This document shows, in pieces, positions 48,601-61,997 of a stretch of DNA of 64,000 nt (its first letter is position 1; each line of letters opens with the position of its first letter). Made by a program: the position numbers and the translations under genes. The DNA is from Macrostomum lignano (taxonomy: Eukaryota). The notes under the pieces are model-generated. The model was not told the origin of the DNA, searched no databases, and saw nothing but the letters and a program-made list of their open reading frames with translations. The stretch spans positions 1 through 64,000 of the forward strand of contig NIVC01002205.1 of assembly GCA_002269645.1 (NCBI GenBank), given 5' to 3'.

Positions 48601-49742
48601 GACATAGGGGCAAGCCTAAACTGCTAGGAATGTCTGTCACCCTAGTGCCATTTGTTAAAGGTGCCGAACAGCGTTCTGACGCACTAAATAATTCGCTAGG
48701 AGGGAAAAATCCCCTTCGGTAGTTTGAAGAGCAGAAAATGACGGTATTCCTGTCGCTAATAGATTTATTTGGATACTTGGCATGTTATAATCAACCTGCA
48801 TTATTTTGCGCCCCTTCCCGAGCAGACCACCAAGGCTTTCATGATGAGCTCCGGCTGTCTGAGGCTGGAGGCCAGTCTGGACAAAGAGCAGTACTACCAC
48901 GGCGAGTCCATCGCCATCAACGTGCTGGTTGACAACAACTCTCACCGTTCGGTGAAGCGGGTGCGTATCACAGTGAGCCAGGTTGCCGAAATCTGCCTGT
49001 TCAGCCCAAACAGCTACAAGTGTGCTGTAGCCGAAGTCGAGTCAGATGAGGGATTTCCCATCGGCCCATCGCAGACGGGGTGGTGCAAGGTTTACCGTGT
49101 CTGTCCGCTGCTTTCCAACAACAGGGACAAGCGAGGACTCGCATTGGACGGGCAGCTCAAGCACGAAGATACCAGTCTGGCCAGCAGCACTATCGCTGCA
49201 TCCGTGAGCAGTAGCTGCAGAGAGACCCAACAACAAGTGCGTATTATCTGTACACTATTAGGGCCGCTTTTAAACTCAAAAGTAACATCGTTTCGAATGC
49301 CTCGAGTAAACTCTCGACTTTGCCAAACTCGATAATAAATCGCACCTTACTGTTTGTGCCTTCGCAGGGCAGGGAGTCGCTTGGCATTGTAGTGAGCTAC
49401 CGCGTCAAAGTCCGTCTTGTCCTCGGCTTCGGCGCTTCGGACGTCTCAGTGGAGCTGCCATTCATTCTGACGCATCCAAAGCCACCCGATGCAGATTCGC
49501 TGGCCGCTGACGAAACACAACCAGCCGCCTCTACCGCCATTGCATCTGTCCCCACAGCCGGCTGCAACGAGACCGCGACTGAGCCTGCTGCTGCCGCCGC
49601 TAACGCGGTGGACCCGGACCTCATACACTTGGACACCGCCGAACACAGCAACCCACCAGACGATGATCTGATCTTCGAAGACTTCGCGAGGCTGCGTCTG
49701 CAGGGCTGCGGAGGCGGGGCTCACACTGACGATGAAGCCTGA
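42686..49742 (+). CDS. ARRB: Beta-arrestin (non-visual arrestin / kurtz-like), 3 exons: 42686-43288, 48826-49236, 49368-49742 (about 462 aa)
   Basis: [71 protein letters not shown], clathrin-box-like LIHLD and AP2 motif [13 protein letters not shown]; phase-0 GT-AG junctions. Confidence 0.95.
44590..45040 (-). mobile_element. Degenerate Ty3/Gypsy- or Ginger-type integrase fragment in arrestin intron 1
   Basis: [51 protein letters not shown]. Confidence 0.8.
45600..46020 (+). mobile_element. Older inverted fragment related to the piggyBac relic
   Basis: GCATCGTCGAGATATTCAACGATTC (about 45716) and CACCAAACCAG.CATGT.TGCATATTATACAATG blocks are reverse complements of about 47637-47665 and 46790-46900. 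Confidence 0.65.
46150..47750 (-). mobile_element. Degenerate piggyBac transposase relic with an internal 392-bp tandem duplication
   Basis: [10 protein letters not shown]...[39 protein letters not shown]; duplication 46647-47038 / 47039-47431. Confidence 0.8.
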
Positions 49743-50622
49743 ACAGCTTCTGTTGCGTTTTTGTGCTACGAGTGAGGTGGCCTTGTACTCTGTTTTCCAA
49801 ATTTTGTGTGTATTGAGAATTCGCGCTAAACTTCTATACCCAAATCAGTTTGTAAATTTAATATCACTTCAATTCGCATCAAATTTATTTTATTTAAACT
49901 GCAGAGCTTAATCCTATAGACCATTAAAAGGTGCAGGCATTCAAGCTTGTGGAATTAGAATTGGGGTACTAGCTAGTACATTAAAGTTAGCTAGTGTATA
50001 TTCTGTGGTATATGAAAGCATGGCAAAAATACGATACCCAGGATACTTTGTAAACTTTCGGCAGTTGTATGAATCAAATTATTGCTATTATGTCCGTACG
50101 TACTATTGTATTTGCCTATTTCAAATGTCGTTATAGATGCACACAATTAAGCGAAATGCTTTTGTATGTAGTAAATAAGCTGCTGGCTAGTAGTGCTCCA
50201 ATTGGATGCATTTCAGAGCTAGTATTGTGCTAAAAGTCTTCATTCGCCTTCAGTCCTCATTTTCTGTTTTCTTTTCTACGAAGTTACAGGAGCCCAATGA
50301 AAGATTAAATGAGTTAATTGCTGTACATGAATGAGTTAATGTGCGTCACGGCCTCCGTAGGATTGAACCTGTTTTGTGGCAATGCATGTTGTCCTGCAGC
50401 TGCTTTTCTGATTAATTTTCCTGCCTACAGAACAGAATTTTATAAAGTGCCCTTATGCGTCGTAAAATGAGTTTTATCCCTCAGTGCGTGCCATTTTACT
50501 GTTTTGCTTTGCTTTTCCTACTGTCATTTTTAGACCATTTGTGACATTCTTTCTATCTTAAGTCCCTTTCTTCCAAAGCGAAGTGATTGACTTTCAGAAT
50601 TGGAACAGAAAAAGAGATAGGG

Positions 50623-50834
50623 AGGGTGGTAAAAAATCGCGATTTCTCAAATTCCATAATACATCCTCATTCTATTCTAAATGATGCAATGGTTGAGTTC
50701 ATCGGTTATCATTGTTGCATTCCATTATTGCTCACTGGTGCCTCAAGCTTACCCAACTTCACATAAATAGATTAGAATAGAATGGAGATGTAGAAGTATG
50801 GAATTTGAGATATTGCTAATTTTTGAACCACCCT
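50623..50834. mobile_element. MITE with about 65-bp imperfect TIRs (AGGGTGGT...TCTCAAATTCCATA)
   Basis: Inverted ends visible; related end at about 31644; TSD uncertain. Confidence 0.55.
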
Positions 50835-51094
50835 AGTGGTGTATTTTAGTATGTGCTATTCAATCGGGATGAAGTACTCGCAGTGTCAAAAATATAGCTT
50901 TTTGCAGGCCATTTGATACTACAAGCAAGCAATTTAATAATCAGTGGGGAAAGCCAGCGCTAAAAGACAGATTTCTCCGTAGTCTATGGTTTAAACAATA
51001 AACCCCCAAAGCCATGTAGTCTATGGCTTTTGAGCAACCAATTTAATGTACATTTTCAACTTTTAAGTCTGTCAACAGTAACCTCAGATCTGTC

Positions 51095-51283
51095 ATGGAT
51101 AGGAGAAATGCATACATTCAGCTCGCAAGTCGAGTGCCAACTGAGTGTAAAGGCAAAGAACCTCACATCAATTCTGTCGCAAGTAACTTCAAATCTGCCT
51201 ATAGGAAAGATAGGTTCTTTGCCATGGACACTTGGTTGGCACTCGGCTTGCGAGCTGAATGTATGCATTTCTATCCACGACAT
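51095..51283. repeat. Inverted repeat with about 47-bp arms, followed by AAAGTGGAAA repeats
   Basis: TGGATAG.AAATGCATACATTCAGCTCGCAAG.CGAGTGCCAAC mirrored at 51235-51283. Confidence 0.7.
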
Positions 51284-54200
51284 ATTTGAGGTTACTTTTG
51301 ACGGACTTGAAGTGGAAAAAGTGGAAAGTGGAAAAAATGGAAAAAGTGGAAAGTGGAAAAATTCGAGCACTCATTTAGTGATGTCCAAAGTATGGTGTCG
51401 CTTTTGAACACTATATTTGAGGAGACAAAGCAATAAAGCACAAACAGTTTGAGAAAAAACGGAGCCCAACTGAGCAAGCTGAATTGATAACTGATAGAAC
51501 AAAAATTAGAAAAAAACGGGTCAGTGAAATGTCATTGAAATTAGCTAAGTGTCAGTAGTCTTATAGAATTGCTTCACCAGTCAGTGACGCAGCGGGGAAC
51601 GAAGCGGACATGTGCTTAAACCATTCACCGCACTTGGCTGGTGTGAAATCAGCAGTTTCTACAATCCTGTGAAGTTTGCATGGGCAGCGCTATCATAGGA
51701 GCCACGTGCTGCATAATCTTATTCTTCTAGCTCTTCATCTGCGGTGACAAAGCTCTCTCCATCTTCCTCCAAAAGCTCGCTGCTCAGCTGGCTGGCTTCA
51801 TCTACCATTTTGAATGTTTTGCAGCGAAAGCGACACCAGGGACACTGAAAATAACAATTGGTGCTCGAGTTATTAAATTGGTTGCTCCAAAGCTTATAGC
51901 TTGTACCAGAGCCTACTGAAGAAACTTGGGTTTCCCCACTGCATGCGAGTATTAAATTGCTTGCTTGTAGTATCAGATGGCCTGCAAAAAGCTATATACA
52001 TGCATGTATTAGCAGGTTTATTACATAATTATCCAGGCGCTGCCCTATCACGACACTAGTCGCTTTATCCTGAAACATTTGTGGCTAGCAAGTTTATAGC
52101 ATAAAAGAATAACAAATTAATCGTACTTACCCAAAAGCAATCCATTCAAAATTAGTTCATCACTTCTAAAAACAGTCTATCTTTGAGAATTTTATTTGAT
52201 GATGCTCTGCCTTTGGCTGAAGTCAGAAACTTTGCAGGCCCCGATCCGGTTCGTCCGGCTTGTTTCCCGTTTCTTTGACAATACGTTCGAATAAATTTTG
52301 GATAATGTGAACGCTGATCTAGCCCGGTTTTGGTGGTTGTGGACTCGCAACTCAGAATTAGGCTGTACCTGATCTAATTTTACCTGTTGCCTGCTTCCTG
52401 CCTCCAGCTCTTCGCCCAATCAGCAATTTTGTTTAAATAATCTTACATCTAAGATTTTTTCGGCGTACATTGCTTCTCTGTTTGCTGTTGGCGATATCTC
52501 CACATTTAGCCTGCTTCGTGCACGTTTCGCTCGGAAAAATCTTAAAGTGGTGAAAATCTTCAGATTTTTTCCATTATTACTCGTAAATGCCTATTGGATT
52601 GCTACTTCTTCTCACAGTATGGCATGCGCTACTCAATAGTTGTACTCGTGCTCAGCCTTTCGTAAGCGGGCAGCTGCGCCTTGCTACGAGTGAAGGTACA
52701 TTAATTATAACAAGTATTTTTTATCTAACAGCAACTTTACTAAATACACGGTACCGAGGTATTAGCTTATTGCCCGTATACGAGTATAACAACTAAAATT
52801 GTTGCTTGATCTCGCTGGCGTTAACTATAAACTTCTCTTTTGTTTCTAGATTTTCTTGTCATTCATGACTTAATTCCGAGTAGAATGCTAACATTTAAAA
52901 TTCTCAACTGTCACCGCTCCTACATGTCGCTCCTTAAAAGGTTGCTGAGTACGCCCTCCAATTGCCACCTGCAATACTCGCTATGTAGACAAGTCCGCTG
53001 GCCTAGGGCAAACATTTTTTTGAGTTACTTGTCATCTTAGTTGCATGTAACTAACCGATAACACGCGGTTTTCTGTCTCGCATTTCCCCACGTTAGTCTC
53101 TAAGCAGCTGATCCAGTCCAGTACCGCGTGCCAGGAACTCCACAACCAAAAATACCGTAGTCTGGCTTGTTGGTGAGCGTGCCTGAAGCCAGCACCGACC
53201 CGCTCAAAAGGGGCCCTCAGATCAGCGCCTTCAGTCTTCGTGAAGGCGCACTTTAGCAGCGTGTCAGCGCCTGCTCTGCTCGACACCGGCGCACAAGTTT
53301 GTTGATGGACAAGTCGCTGTTCGACAGATTGCCGTGCAAGGTCGACTCCACCGACATCGGTGCGCTGCCGACGGCTGTCGACGGATCCCGTCTACGCTGA
53401 GTTGCCCTGTCAGCAGCGGATGTTTTGATCGGCCAGGCCATCCGCGTGCGCCATCTCTTCACAGTCGTGGACGGCGTGCCGTGTCGCAGGCGATGACTGT
53501 TAGTCTAGACAAATTAAATAGTCAAGTCGTAATCTGTGATAGACGGCGACCTGGCCTGGTGCACCAACGATTCCGCTGACGCAGCGACCGCCAGATGCTC
53601 ACTAGAGAATTTGCTGACCATCAGTAACTCACGTTGAAAACGATACCGTGACAAGAGTCGCTAAAAAGTCGTTGCAAACAACTCTCTAGTGACTCTAGCG
53701 CGTCTGGGGCGACTCTTGTGACTTTTTAACGACTCAAACGCGTCAAATGCGACGGAGAAGTGACTCTTGCATCACAAGCGCGTCACGTGAGTTGTAGAAG
53801 CGTAAAAGAATCGCGAAAAAGTTGTCTAAGAATCGTTGTGCTGGCGCTAAACTTTCTACTAACTCACTAGGCTAGTTAGTGCAATTAGAGTTCAGTAGGC
53901 TAAAACGGAGTGTTTATTGCTTTCTAAAAAGCCTTTAGCTCACTTTTGCAGCTATTCAGCGGCGGGGTCTGTTACAACTGTCACTGGTCGAATGCCGACG
54001 CCTACATTCAATTAACTGGACTACGGTTTGTACGGTGCAGGGAAGCGTGTTGCAGAGAAGATTTATAACTTCTATTTGCTTCCTAAATACATTGTCATTC
54101 CGTTAGCATTTATTGTAGGTGTCTGATCTGTTGTGATTCTGGTGCGCTTTAAAATGTTCTTGTAGACTGTAGGTGAATATGTATATTACACGGAGGTGAA

Positions 54201-54588
54201 GAGTGTAGTACGGTGTGAATTTCAGTGTGATGTAAGAAGACTTTTTATGTCAAGAGAAACTAAACTCAAACTTATAAATGAGCTGTTTGCTTCAAAATGT
54301 TTTATACCTACAGTTAGCCCGTTTGGCAACTGCCAGCACTTGAGGTGCTTTTTAATCCTGATCGGTGTTACTTTTTTCTTGCGTTGTTCATTTTATCCTA
54401 CGAAGGCTTCGTTGCATGTGTACATGTAATTCCGCTGCTTGATTCGTCTACACAATTTAACTAGGGAAGTGAGAGAAGTTCCTCAGCTATATTGCAAATA
54501 GTTGATAAATAATGGTCTGGTATAGCCTCTTGTGGGGGATATGTAATCTCTATAGCTGCTTTTTGCAGCTGTATACATGTAGGTACCC

Positions 54589-55176
54589 ATGGATCAACGT
54601 AATGAGCTGGAGGAAGAGGAGGACGTGATGGAGGACGAGGCACCGGAGGTTGTGATACCTTATCTGGAGGACCTGCGGGAAGAGTTTGCGGAGCGACAGC
54701 GGCTGGTAGTTGAGCAGCTGCAGGTGAACCTGCATCAGCAGCAGGAGTTACTACAGCCACATAATGTACAGAACCCCAGCATGCAGCAGCAGCAAGACAG
54801 GCTTGCTGCATTAGAGCGGCTGCTCGAGGAGCAACAGCGGCTGTTGAAACGACAGCAACAGCTACTAGAGTACCAGCAGGTGGGCGTGCGGAGGCAGCAG
54901 GAGGTGCTGGAGCTCCAAAGGCAGTGACAAGCTGCAGTAGAAGAAGAGGATCGAGAGGAAGAAGATGATGAACTATGCGAAGATTTTTTTAGACTGCCCC
55001 TGCTCCCGCATCGTCGCAATCCTCCACCGTCTCCGCCCCCTCCCCACCCCCTCCTGCACCAGTGCGCATGCCACAGCGGGGTTAACGAACTACTTGTACG
55101 TGTACGTTTAAAACACAGTTTGTATGTTGGCGTCCATCGTCGTGTAGTTTTTGTGTGGTTAAATGACATTCTATGA
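54589..55176 (+). other. Unassigned E/Q-rich coiled-coil reading frame, 195 codons with one internal TGA (54925-54927)
   Basis: The frame stays open after the stop (QAAVEEEDREEE...PPPSPPPPHP...); no family recognised. Confidence 0.3.
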
Positions 55177-55920
55177 GTACTGCAAGTACATGTAAAAGTG
55201 CGCATGTGTAGATGCAGCGTCTGTTTGGGTTGTTCCCAGCTTAGATCTTGTTGAGGTCCTGCTGAGGTTGGTATGGTGTATGTCGTGTAGTCTTATGTAG
55301 CGATATGTAGCGAACGTTGACGCTATTGTACACCTGCATACCTGCATACCTGCGTTTGTCACCTGCATATTTGACTTACAGCTGGCAAATTGAAATGAGT
55401 GGTGACATAGTAGATGTCATGAGGGGGCTTCTGGGACAAAATTTTTCCCCTCCTCCATAATCCACCTAAATCCATCCATATTATCCCCAACAGAATCAGA
55501 AAAAAGGGGGGCTGCACTCGCTCACAAAACGTCATCCATAATCCACCTAAATCCATCCATATTATCCCTGAAGAAAAAATAGAGCCGCCCTTGCTCCGAA
55601 AACTTCATCCATAATCCACCTAAATCCATCCATATTATCCCCGACAGAATCAATGCATAACAGGTGTCGCACTCGCTCACAAAACGTCCTCCATAATCCC
55701 ATTAAATCTATCCCCGACAGAATCAGTGCATAACAGATGTCCACTAACACCTGTTATGCTCACTGACACTGACATCCACCCAGAAAAAATCAAAAAATAA
55801 TCTACATCCTTCTCCCCATGGGGCCCACATTCAATTCGCAATTCGCAACGCATCCCAAAGACTTTAAATCATCAGCGCAGGGTCCTCACCCTTTGAAAAA
55901 AAATTAAATTCTCAATAAAA

Positions 55921-56166
55921 ATGTTTCGAGTTGTCTCTCCAGGTTCTTATTACAAAGCGTACGAGCCCAATTACAAGAGTAAGTACCAATGCAAACTTGA
56001 ATGCAGTGAATACATGAGAAAGTATTGGCCCGGCGTTGCCGGCGTTGATATCAATGTCCCTAATATTAATCTAGCACTTAAGTCTCACTGGTTTCTTAAG
56101 TATGGAGTAGTCATTAACGATTACGACAGCTACTATAACTTTGCAGAAATCATTAGGCAATTGTAA
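55921..56166 (+). CDS. Small Maverick ORF (81 aa), homologue of 8266-8502, with a 9-bp in-frame duplication
   Basis: Near-identical translation; PGVAGVDI versus PDVDI. Confidence 0.6.
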   Translation: MFRVVSPGSYYKAYEPNYKSKYQCKLECSEYMRKYWPGVAGVDINVPNINLALKSHWFLKYGVVINDYDSYYNFAEIIRQL

Positions 56167-56172
56167 TTTTTT

Positions 56173-56997
56173 TCACATTCTCTCAATGATCAACGTCAAT
56201 ACAAACTCTTCACCGTTGAAATCAACACCCAACCCATCTTCAGTCTCAAACTGTAGCACAATCTCGTGAATCTCCTTATTACTCAATACAACTCTTTTCA
56301 CTGGATTTGGTTTCTCTACCGTACCAGCATCCGTCCTCCAACAACAGAGTTGGAGATGTTGTACCCAATCAAGACTGAGATTACTTCTGATTAGAATATT
56401 CAAACCCTTTACAATATCTGCAATATTGGGTGCTAAGAACAAACCGCTTACATTTTCCCGGGCCATGCTAACGGCCCCCGACGCTTGAAGGGCGGTCCGC
56501 GCCGCGGATTCTGCCTTATAAACTTTCTTCTCGAATCCCAATTCCCTATACCAAGTGTCATCTTTAAACTCAACCTCCGCATCTTTGTGAACTTGCATGA
56601 CCACTCTCATTACAGTGAGATCATAGGTTAGTTTTAAAGGGAACAGTTTTTTATCTGGCTTACTCGCATCAGGTGTCTCAAAATGGCCTCTTTTTCTAGA
56701 AAGTAATTGTAGGTATCCACACTGCGTGCTCACAGGGAATACCACAGGTTCTGCTGCTGCTCCTTTCCATTTGTAATGAAACTTATTATTTGCTGCCATC
56801 ACATTGGGAACGTTTGACCAACCAGTGAAGTCGTTAAGATAGACATGGTAATTAGCACTTGGATCCAGGCGAATCGCCTGCTCTAATTTTTCAACAAATA
56901 TCACGTTTGAGTCATTAATTCGCCCGGTTATTGTAATAGGAATGCTCTCCTTAGAGTGTGAAACAATGTTGTTTAGTCTTTCGGCTATGGCTTCCAT
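56173..56997 (-). pseudogene. Penton of copy B; frame open end to end through compensating indels
   Basis: Deletions of 2, 13 and 29 bp versus copy A, plus the shared +5 insertion; net -39 bp versus the reconstructed 864-nt gene. Confidence 0.85.
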
Positions 56998-57337
56998 TTT
57001 TATTGAAAAAAATTATTCAAACTTTACTAGACGAGTTATTGATCATATTGACCTTGATTTTCCTTTCAAACGCGTAGATAATAAACAGATCAACAGCAGT
57101 TGCGGCACCAATCTCTTTCCGCTCGATATTAGTCACAATGTTAACAGGGCTGTTATCAGTAGGAATTTGTCTGGCAGACACATCAACACCAAATATTGGA
57201 TACAGTTTTTTATACTGCAAGGTTGTCAAAACAATACCGTTATTCTCTTTGACAGCCAGGTCTGACAGTTCATTGTAAAATTTACTAATCTTGTTCTCTG
57301 GGAAATCTCCATTCTGTGGCAATGCAGGGTATAAATT

Positions 57338-60300
57338 CCCTAGTTGACAATGACTTACTGAATCTTACAGAATCTGTCTTACCTATCTTTTAAGATCATT
57401 TAAGATCTTATAAGTATTGATTTGGACTTTCTTGCCAGATTTTGTCAGATCTTGTAAGATAGCAACAGATCTTGTAAGAAGGCTAGCAGATCTTGTACGA
57501 TAGCTACCAGATCTTAAATGAATTTGTAAGATATCTACATGTATTTTTCGATGGTTATTGTCTAATGTAGTTCAATAAATTCATGCTGTTTGCCTGTTTG
57601 GTTCGCAAAATAGCAAAAGATCTGATCTGATGTGCCCAATAGATGCAAGATGCAAACTTTATCTCACTATGAGTATGACTATAAATAGCTACTCATGAAT
57701 TAAACTCTGTTAGAAAAAAATTAACAGTGAAAGAAAACACCAAAAATTAATTGTCTTGATTCAAAAAAGAACAAATTTGTAATTTAAATGATTATTGGGT
57801 TGAATTTAGATTATAATTAAGAGTAAAAAGTCAAAAAGGCTTTACAACTCACAGCTTGTCTAAAAGGATTTAACTTTAAAAATACTAAGAATTAGCAGTA
57901 AAGCAAAATGAATTTTTCTATAATTCAAAACTTTAAAACAATAAAAACTTAACATGCACTTCATTAACATGTATAAAATACAAAAAAAGCATGATTAAAT
58001 TGCAGTCCAGTATTGCATTATTTTTGGCACTTAAGTAAGTTTAAATATTTTTAAGCAGTTTAAGCAATTGTTTTTACTTACAGTAAAAGAAAGTTAATAT
58101 AAAATAAATAGGTAACCTACTATTACAGAAGCAAAGGACCAATAAAACTAAAAATTACTTACAGTATTACTTATTATTGAAAGCCTTTAAATGGGAAAAT
58201 GGCTATGCAAAAACAAGATATATAGCTACAAGATGTATATTTTCAGTACAATGAATTAAACAGCCAGACTGCATAGGACAAGGCTGTTCTGAAGCTCTGC
58301 AAGAGGTACAGTTGTTGTGGGCACCACATGTTGATTGTTGGCCTGCCATAGGCTGAAACCTGATTGCAGCGCATGGGCATTTTGGCGGACGGCGTCCGGC
58401 GCGGATCTAATACGGCGCGGCGCGGCGTGTACGGCGCGCGGCGATTAGTACGGCGCGGCGCGGTACTAATTAGATGCCGAGGCATTTAGGCTTGATAAGA
58501 CAGTCATAGTTACTCCTGCCGTTTACCCAAAACTGCGTTAATTTTGCTTTAGGGTTTCTTTCACAGGTAAGTCATTTCACAGCGTGGCGCAGGTTGTGTA
58601 GGCGTCTGGCGTACTTAAGCCATGCGCTGCAAAAGGGGGCTGAAAGTGCAAAAAAGTTACAATAATTAAATAGAGCAAGAATCCAAAACTATGCCAATTA
58701 AACTTTATTCATGAAATAATTATAATTATAATATATAATCAAATTCTACTTTTTTATTAAAAGTTTAACTACCTTAAAAGCTAAAAGCTATTGAAACATA
58801 GAATTGAAACCTATATAATTGAAACCCATTCAATTCAAATTATTGGAATTATAGGGACTCAATTGATTCTCTTTAATAACATATCTATTATTCTAAAAAT
58901 CTTTTCCCCCTTTTATAAAACCCTATTTTCTTTGTCAATCTTTTCTTTCTCTCCAATAGAACCTTTTTTTCTTTTTATAGAATCTTTTTTCTACCATAGA
59001 ATAGAATCTCCTCTCCTCATAAAACCCACTTTTTTCATAAAAGTATTGCATATATTATTTGCATTTAGACCATTATAATATTATTACCAAAATATGAGCA
59101 TTAATATAACTCACAAATAACCTTAAAAGAAAATTAATTCAAGATATATTTAAACAAGGGCAAGGCATATTTTAAAAATAGGCCTAGTCAACTTACTCAA
59201 TTACTTTTATACATTTTGATTTTTATAATATTAGGCCTAATTTACACATTAATTATACCAAATGTTAAATTGGTTTTATTTTATTACAAATAAATTATTC
59301 TGTTAATTTTATACACAAACAACCAAGGTAACAAGGTGAAATATCTTGACGTAATTTTAGTAAGGCTATAATAACAACTATAAAAGATACATTTAGATTT
59401 TTATTTAGTAGATATATAAATTTCAAAAATATAAATATAGGCTTTAGCCACTTTACTTTAGACCTTTTAAATGATGCAAGGGTCCATTAAGCATTACTTA
59501 ACAAGCTAAAGATTTAAAATAGATCAGCCACTCACCATAGTCCGGATCATGTAGTATACGCCCGAAAATTCGGGCGTGCATAGTTGGCGTGCATGTGCAA
59601 TGGCACACGCACTAAAAGTTGGCGTGCATCACTCGTGAGAAAATAGTATGCGTGCACACCTGGCGTGCACTTTATAGAATCACGCGTAAGAGTTATTGTA
59701 AAGTACGTAAGAAAAAAGATTAAAAAAAGTTCATTTTAAGCGCAAATTTCAAGCTTTCCGGGTTTTTCTAGCTCATAAAGTACAATATAAACAAATTTTT
59801 GCGTGTATAAACTTTCCGCTGTGAATAGTATCGCCAAGATAGCTTTAAAAGCAACAAAATTATTTAATATTAAGGGTCTATTACGCAATTTTAAAAAAGG
59901 TCTTTTATTGTCACAACGTAAAAAAGGTCATTTATTGTCGCAACACCGGCATATTTTTTAGAATGGGCGTGCACTAAGTTTTTTTCGGCGTGCATTTGTA
60001 ATTATTCAATTTTTGTTCGGGCGTGCACCCAGCATGATCCGGACTATGGCCCACTCAGCCACTCAAGCATTTTAAGCTCTTTAATTAATTACATTTACAT
60101 ATAGGTCGATAGGACTACTAGTTAGTGGATGTGGAGATCTGCGATACAGATAATTAACCAAAATTTTAAAATAATGCTACAACTCTTAAAATGGAAGTTT
60201 AAAAAATACTAGACTTATGAAACTTGCACTTAGCTAGCGGCAGGGTCTGATCTGATCTAAGAAAGCGAAAAACGAAAAACAATTTGAAAAAAAGGTAGCT

Positions 60301-60917
60301 AAGTAAAACAATTTAGACTTAAAAATGTAACAGTTCTCACAATCGGTTATTCATATCAGAAGATATACAAGATTTGCTGACATTTAAAACTTTAGGCACA
60401 TGATTTTATATTATTTTAGAAAAGCAAAGTAATTTTATAATTTATTTGCAGCCGATTTTCCCATTTTTACTACTTACAGTAAAAATAAAAGACTTTTACG
60501 TTGTTGTTCGTGACAAGATCTGATAAGATTTTGTAATATTTGCTGATTGCAAAAAGTGCAAAAAATCAGGAAAAAAGCTGCATATAGATGAATTAATATC
60601 TTTTAGATTGTGGTTGATATCACTATGATTGATCGTTTTAATGTTCTCAGATAAAATTTGTATTGCCATGTCTTGCCATATCTGGTCAGATCTTGGGTGA
60701 AAAAGAACAATCCAAAATGTTTATTAAGAGGCAGAATTACTTCTTCAAATGCAAATTCATTGGTTGTCGACTATTTGAAGCTGGGTTTTAATGACTCATA
60801 TGCTATTTAATTTCTAAGCTGTGACTTGCAGATTCCTACCAGTTCATCCCAGATCTGTCAAGATTTGTAAGCTTCGTCAGATCGTGCAAGGCAAAAATGT
60901 AAGATTGTCAACTAGGG
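57338..60917. mobile_element. Non-autonomous CMC/EnSpm (CACTA-like) DNA transposon inserted in the MCP gene
   Basis: 14-bp TIR CCCTAGTTGACAAT, 2-bp TSD TT (empty site AAATTATC in copy A), subterminal AGATCTTGTAAG-type repeats at both ends, no transposase ORF seen. Confidence 0.8.
59535..60049. mobile_element. Nested MITE (hAT/P-like)
   Basis: 17-bp TIR CCATAGTCCGGATCATG; 8-bp TSD GCCACTCA/CCCACTCA (one mismatch); repeated GGCGTGCA motif. Confidence 0.8.
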
Positions 60918-61920
60918 TTATCACTGATTTCATGCTGGACTGATCGAACGTTTCCATGAAAATATCTACCTACATTAGTCGTATTCTCATAGGGACAATA
61001 ATGTACCTTGGATTGCTACAGGAGCCCTCTTTAATGCAGATATTGTGTCTAGAATCATTCCGCTCATCTCTGCACATATAAGCTGTATAAGCAACATCAA
61101 TGTCTTTCTCAATCGCCTTCAAGTATTCAGCTTTGAGTGCAGTCTTGGGCTCAATAAATTCTAAGTACAGCTCCACGCCAGTAAGCTTAATCTCCATCGA
61201 TGTATGATCGGCCCCTGACCAAATTCCTCTGTTCCGATCATCTCTAGTCAGTCTAAATGTGTAGCTAAAATTGCTTGTCAGTCGATTAAAACTATTACAG
61301 AAACCGCTCATAAATCTTAACGGCACAAAAATGTCTACGGACCTATACAGTGCATTCCTTGCAGCATCAGTTGCAGCCACGAGAGGGTAATTGTATCTCT
61401 CCTTTCTCTTTTTGTAACCGGGGTCATTCTCATCTTCTGTCTGCTCATTGGGGATGAATCCAGCACCGCTCCCCATCTGAATAAAATCCGGGTTCTCAAT
61501 CAAACACTGGGTATTATAGACCACACCAAAGTTTGCTATTCTTTCCAACTCTGTACTTCCATTGGACACATTAAACTCTTTGAACATATAAGCCCAGAAG
61601 TTACTGGTTAGTGCCACATTTGCATTGTGTAGATCATCATTAGCATGAGCCGCGTCCGCACCACCTTTTGTCTTGAATTGAAATGTCATATAGAAGCCAC
61701 TCCTTAGACTGTGGACACTGACCAACGACGAGCAACCATTGTATGTGAAAGTCAGTGTTTGGCTAGGACCAAGATTAGTTTCATTCTGGTTCTCGTGACT
61801 CGGAACTCTAACTTGTGTCGCTTTAATAGTGCTGTCATCACTCAAAATGGGTTTGTTAATCTTATAGAAAACCGGTGTCAGGGGATCGTTCATTTTTCAA
61901 CAAAAGAAAAAAAATTAAAA

Positions 61921-61997
61921 ATGAGGCGGAAAAGTTCATATCATATCTCTGAACAAGAAAAGCTGGCGCAGGCAGAGAAACGAGTTACCGGACTAAT
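61921..61997 (+). pseudogene. 5' end of the conserved Maverick gene (MRRKSSYHISEQEKLAQAEKRVTGLI), interrupted by the LTR; resumes at 63983
   Basis: Matches the reverse complement of about 6020-6095; CAACAAAGAACAA at the window end matches the continuation in copy A. Confidence 0.85.

Larger units (their letters stand above)
57017..61893 (-). pseudogene. Major capsid gene of copy B, split by a 3.58-kb insertion (5' part 60918-61893, 3' part 57017-57337) and with a 1-bp deletion near 60995
   Basis: Collinear with 6124-7371; retains the native start MNDPLTPVFYK. Confidence 0.92.

Noticed and set aside
53032-53579. Cluster of short GC-rich ORFs
   Set aside because: No recognisable motif or consistent frame; cannot support a gene call.
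9011-55408. The host block as cargo of one giant element or bounded by a shared TSD
   Set aside because: The termini face inward from two separate element bodies and the adjacent 6-mers differ, so they are not the two ends of one element.
58364-58632. 13-bp inverted repeat TTGCAGCGCATGG around a GC-rich TACGGCGCGG cluster as another nested transposon
   Set aside because: No TSD could be found; left as an unexplained internal part of the CACTA-like element.
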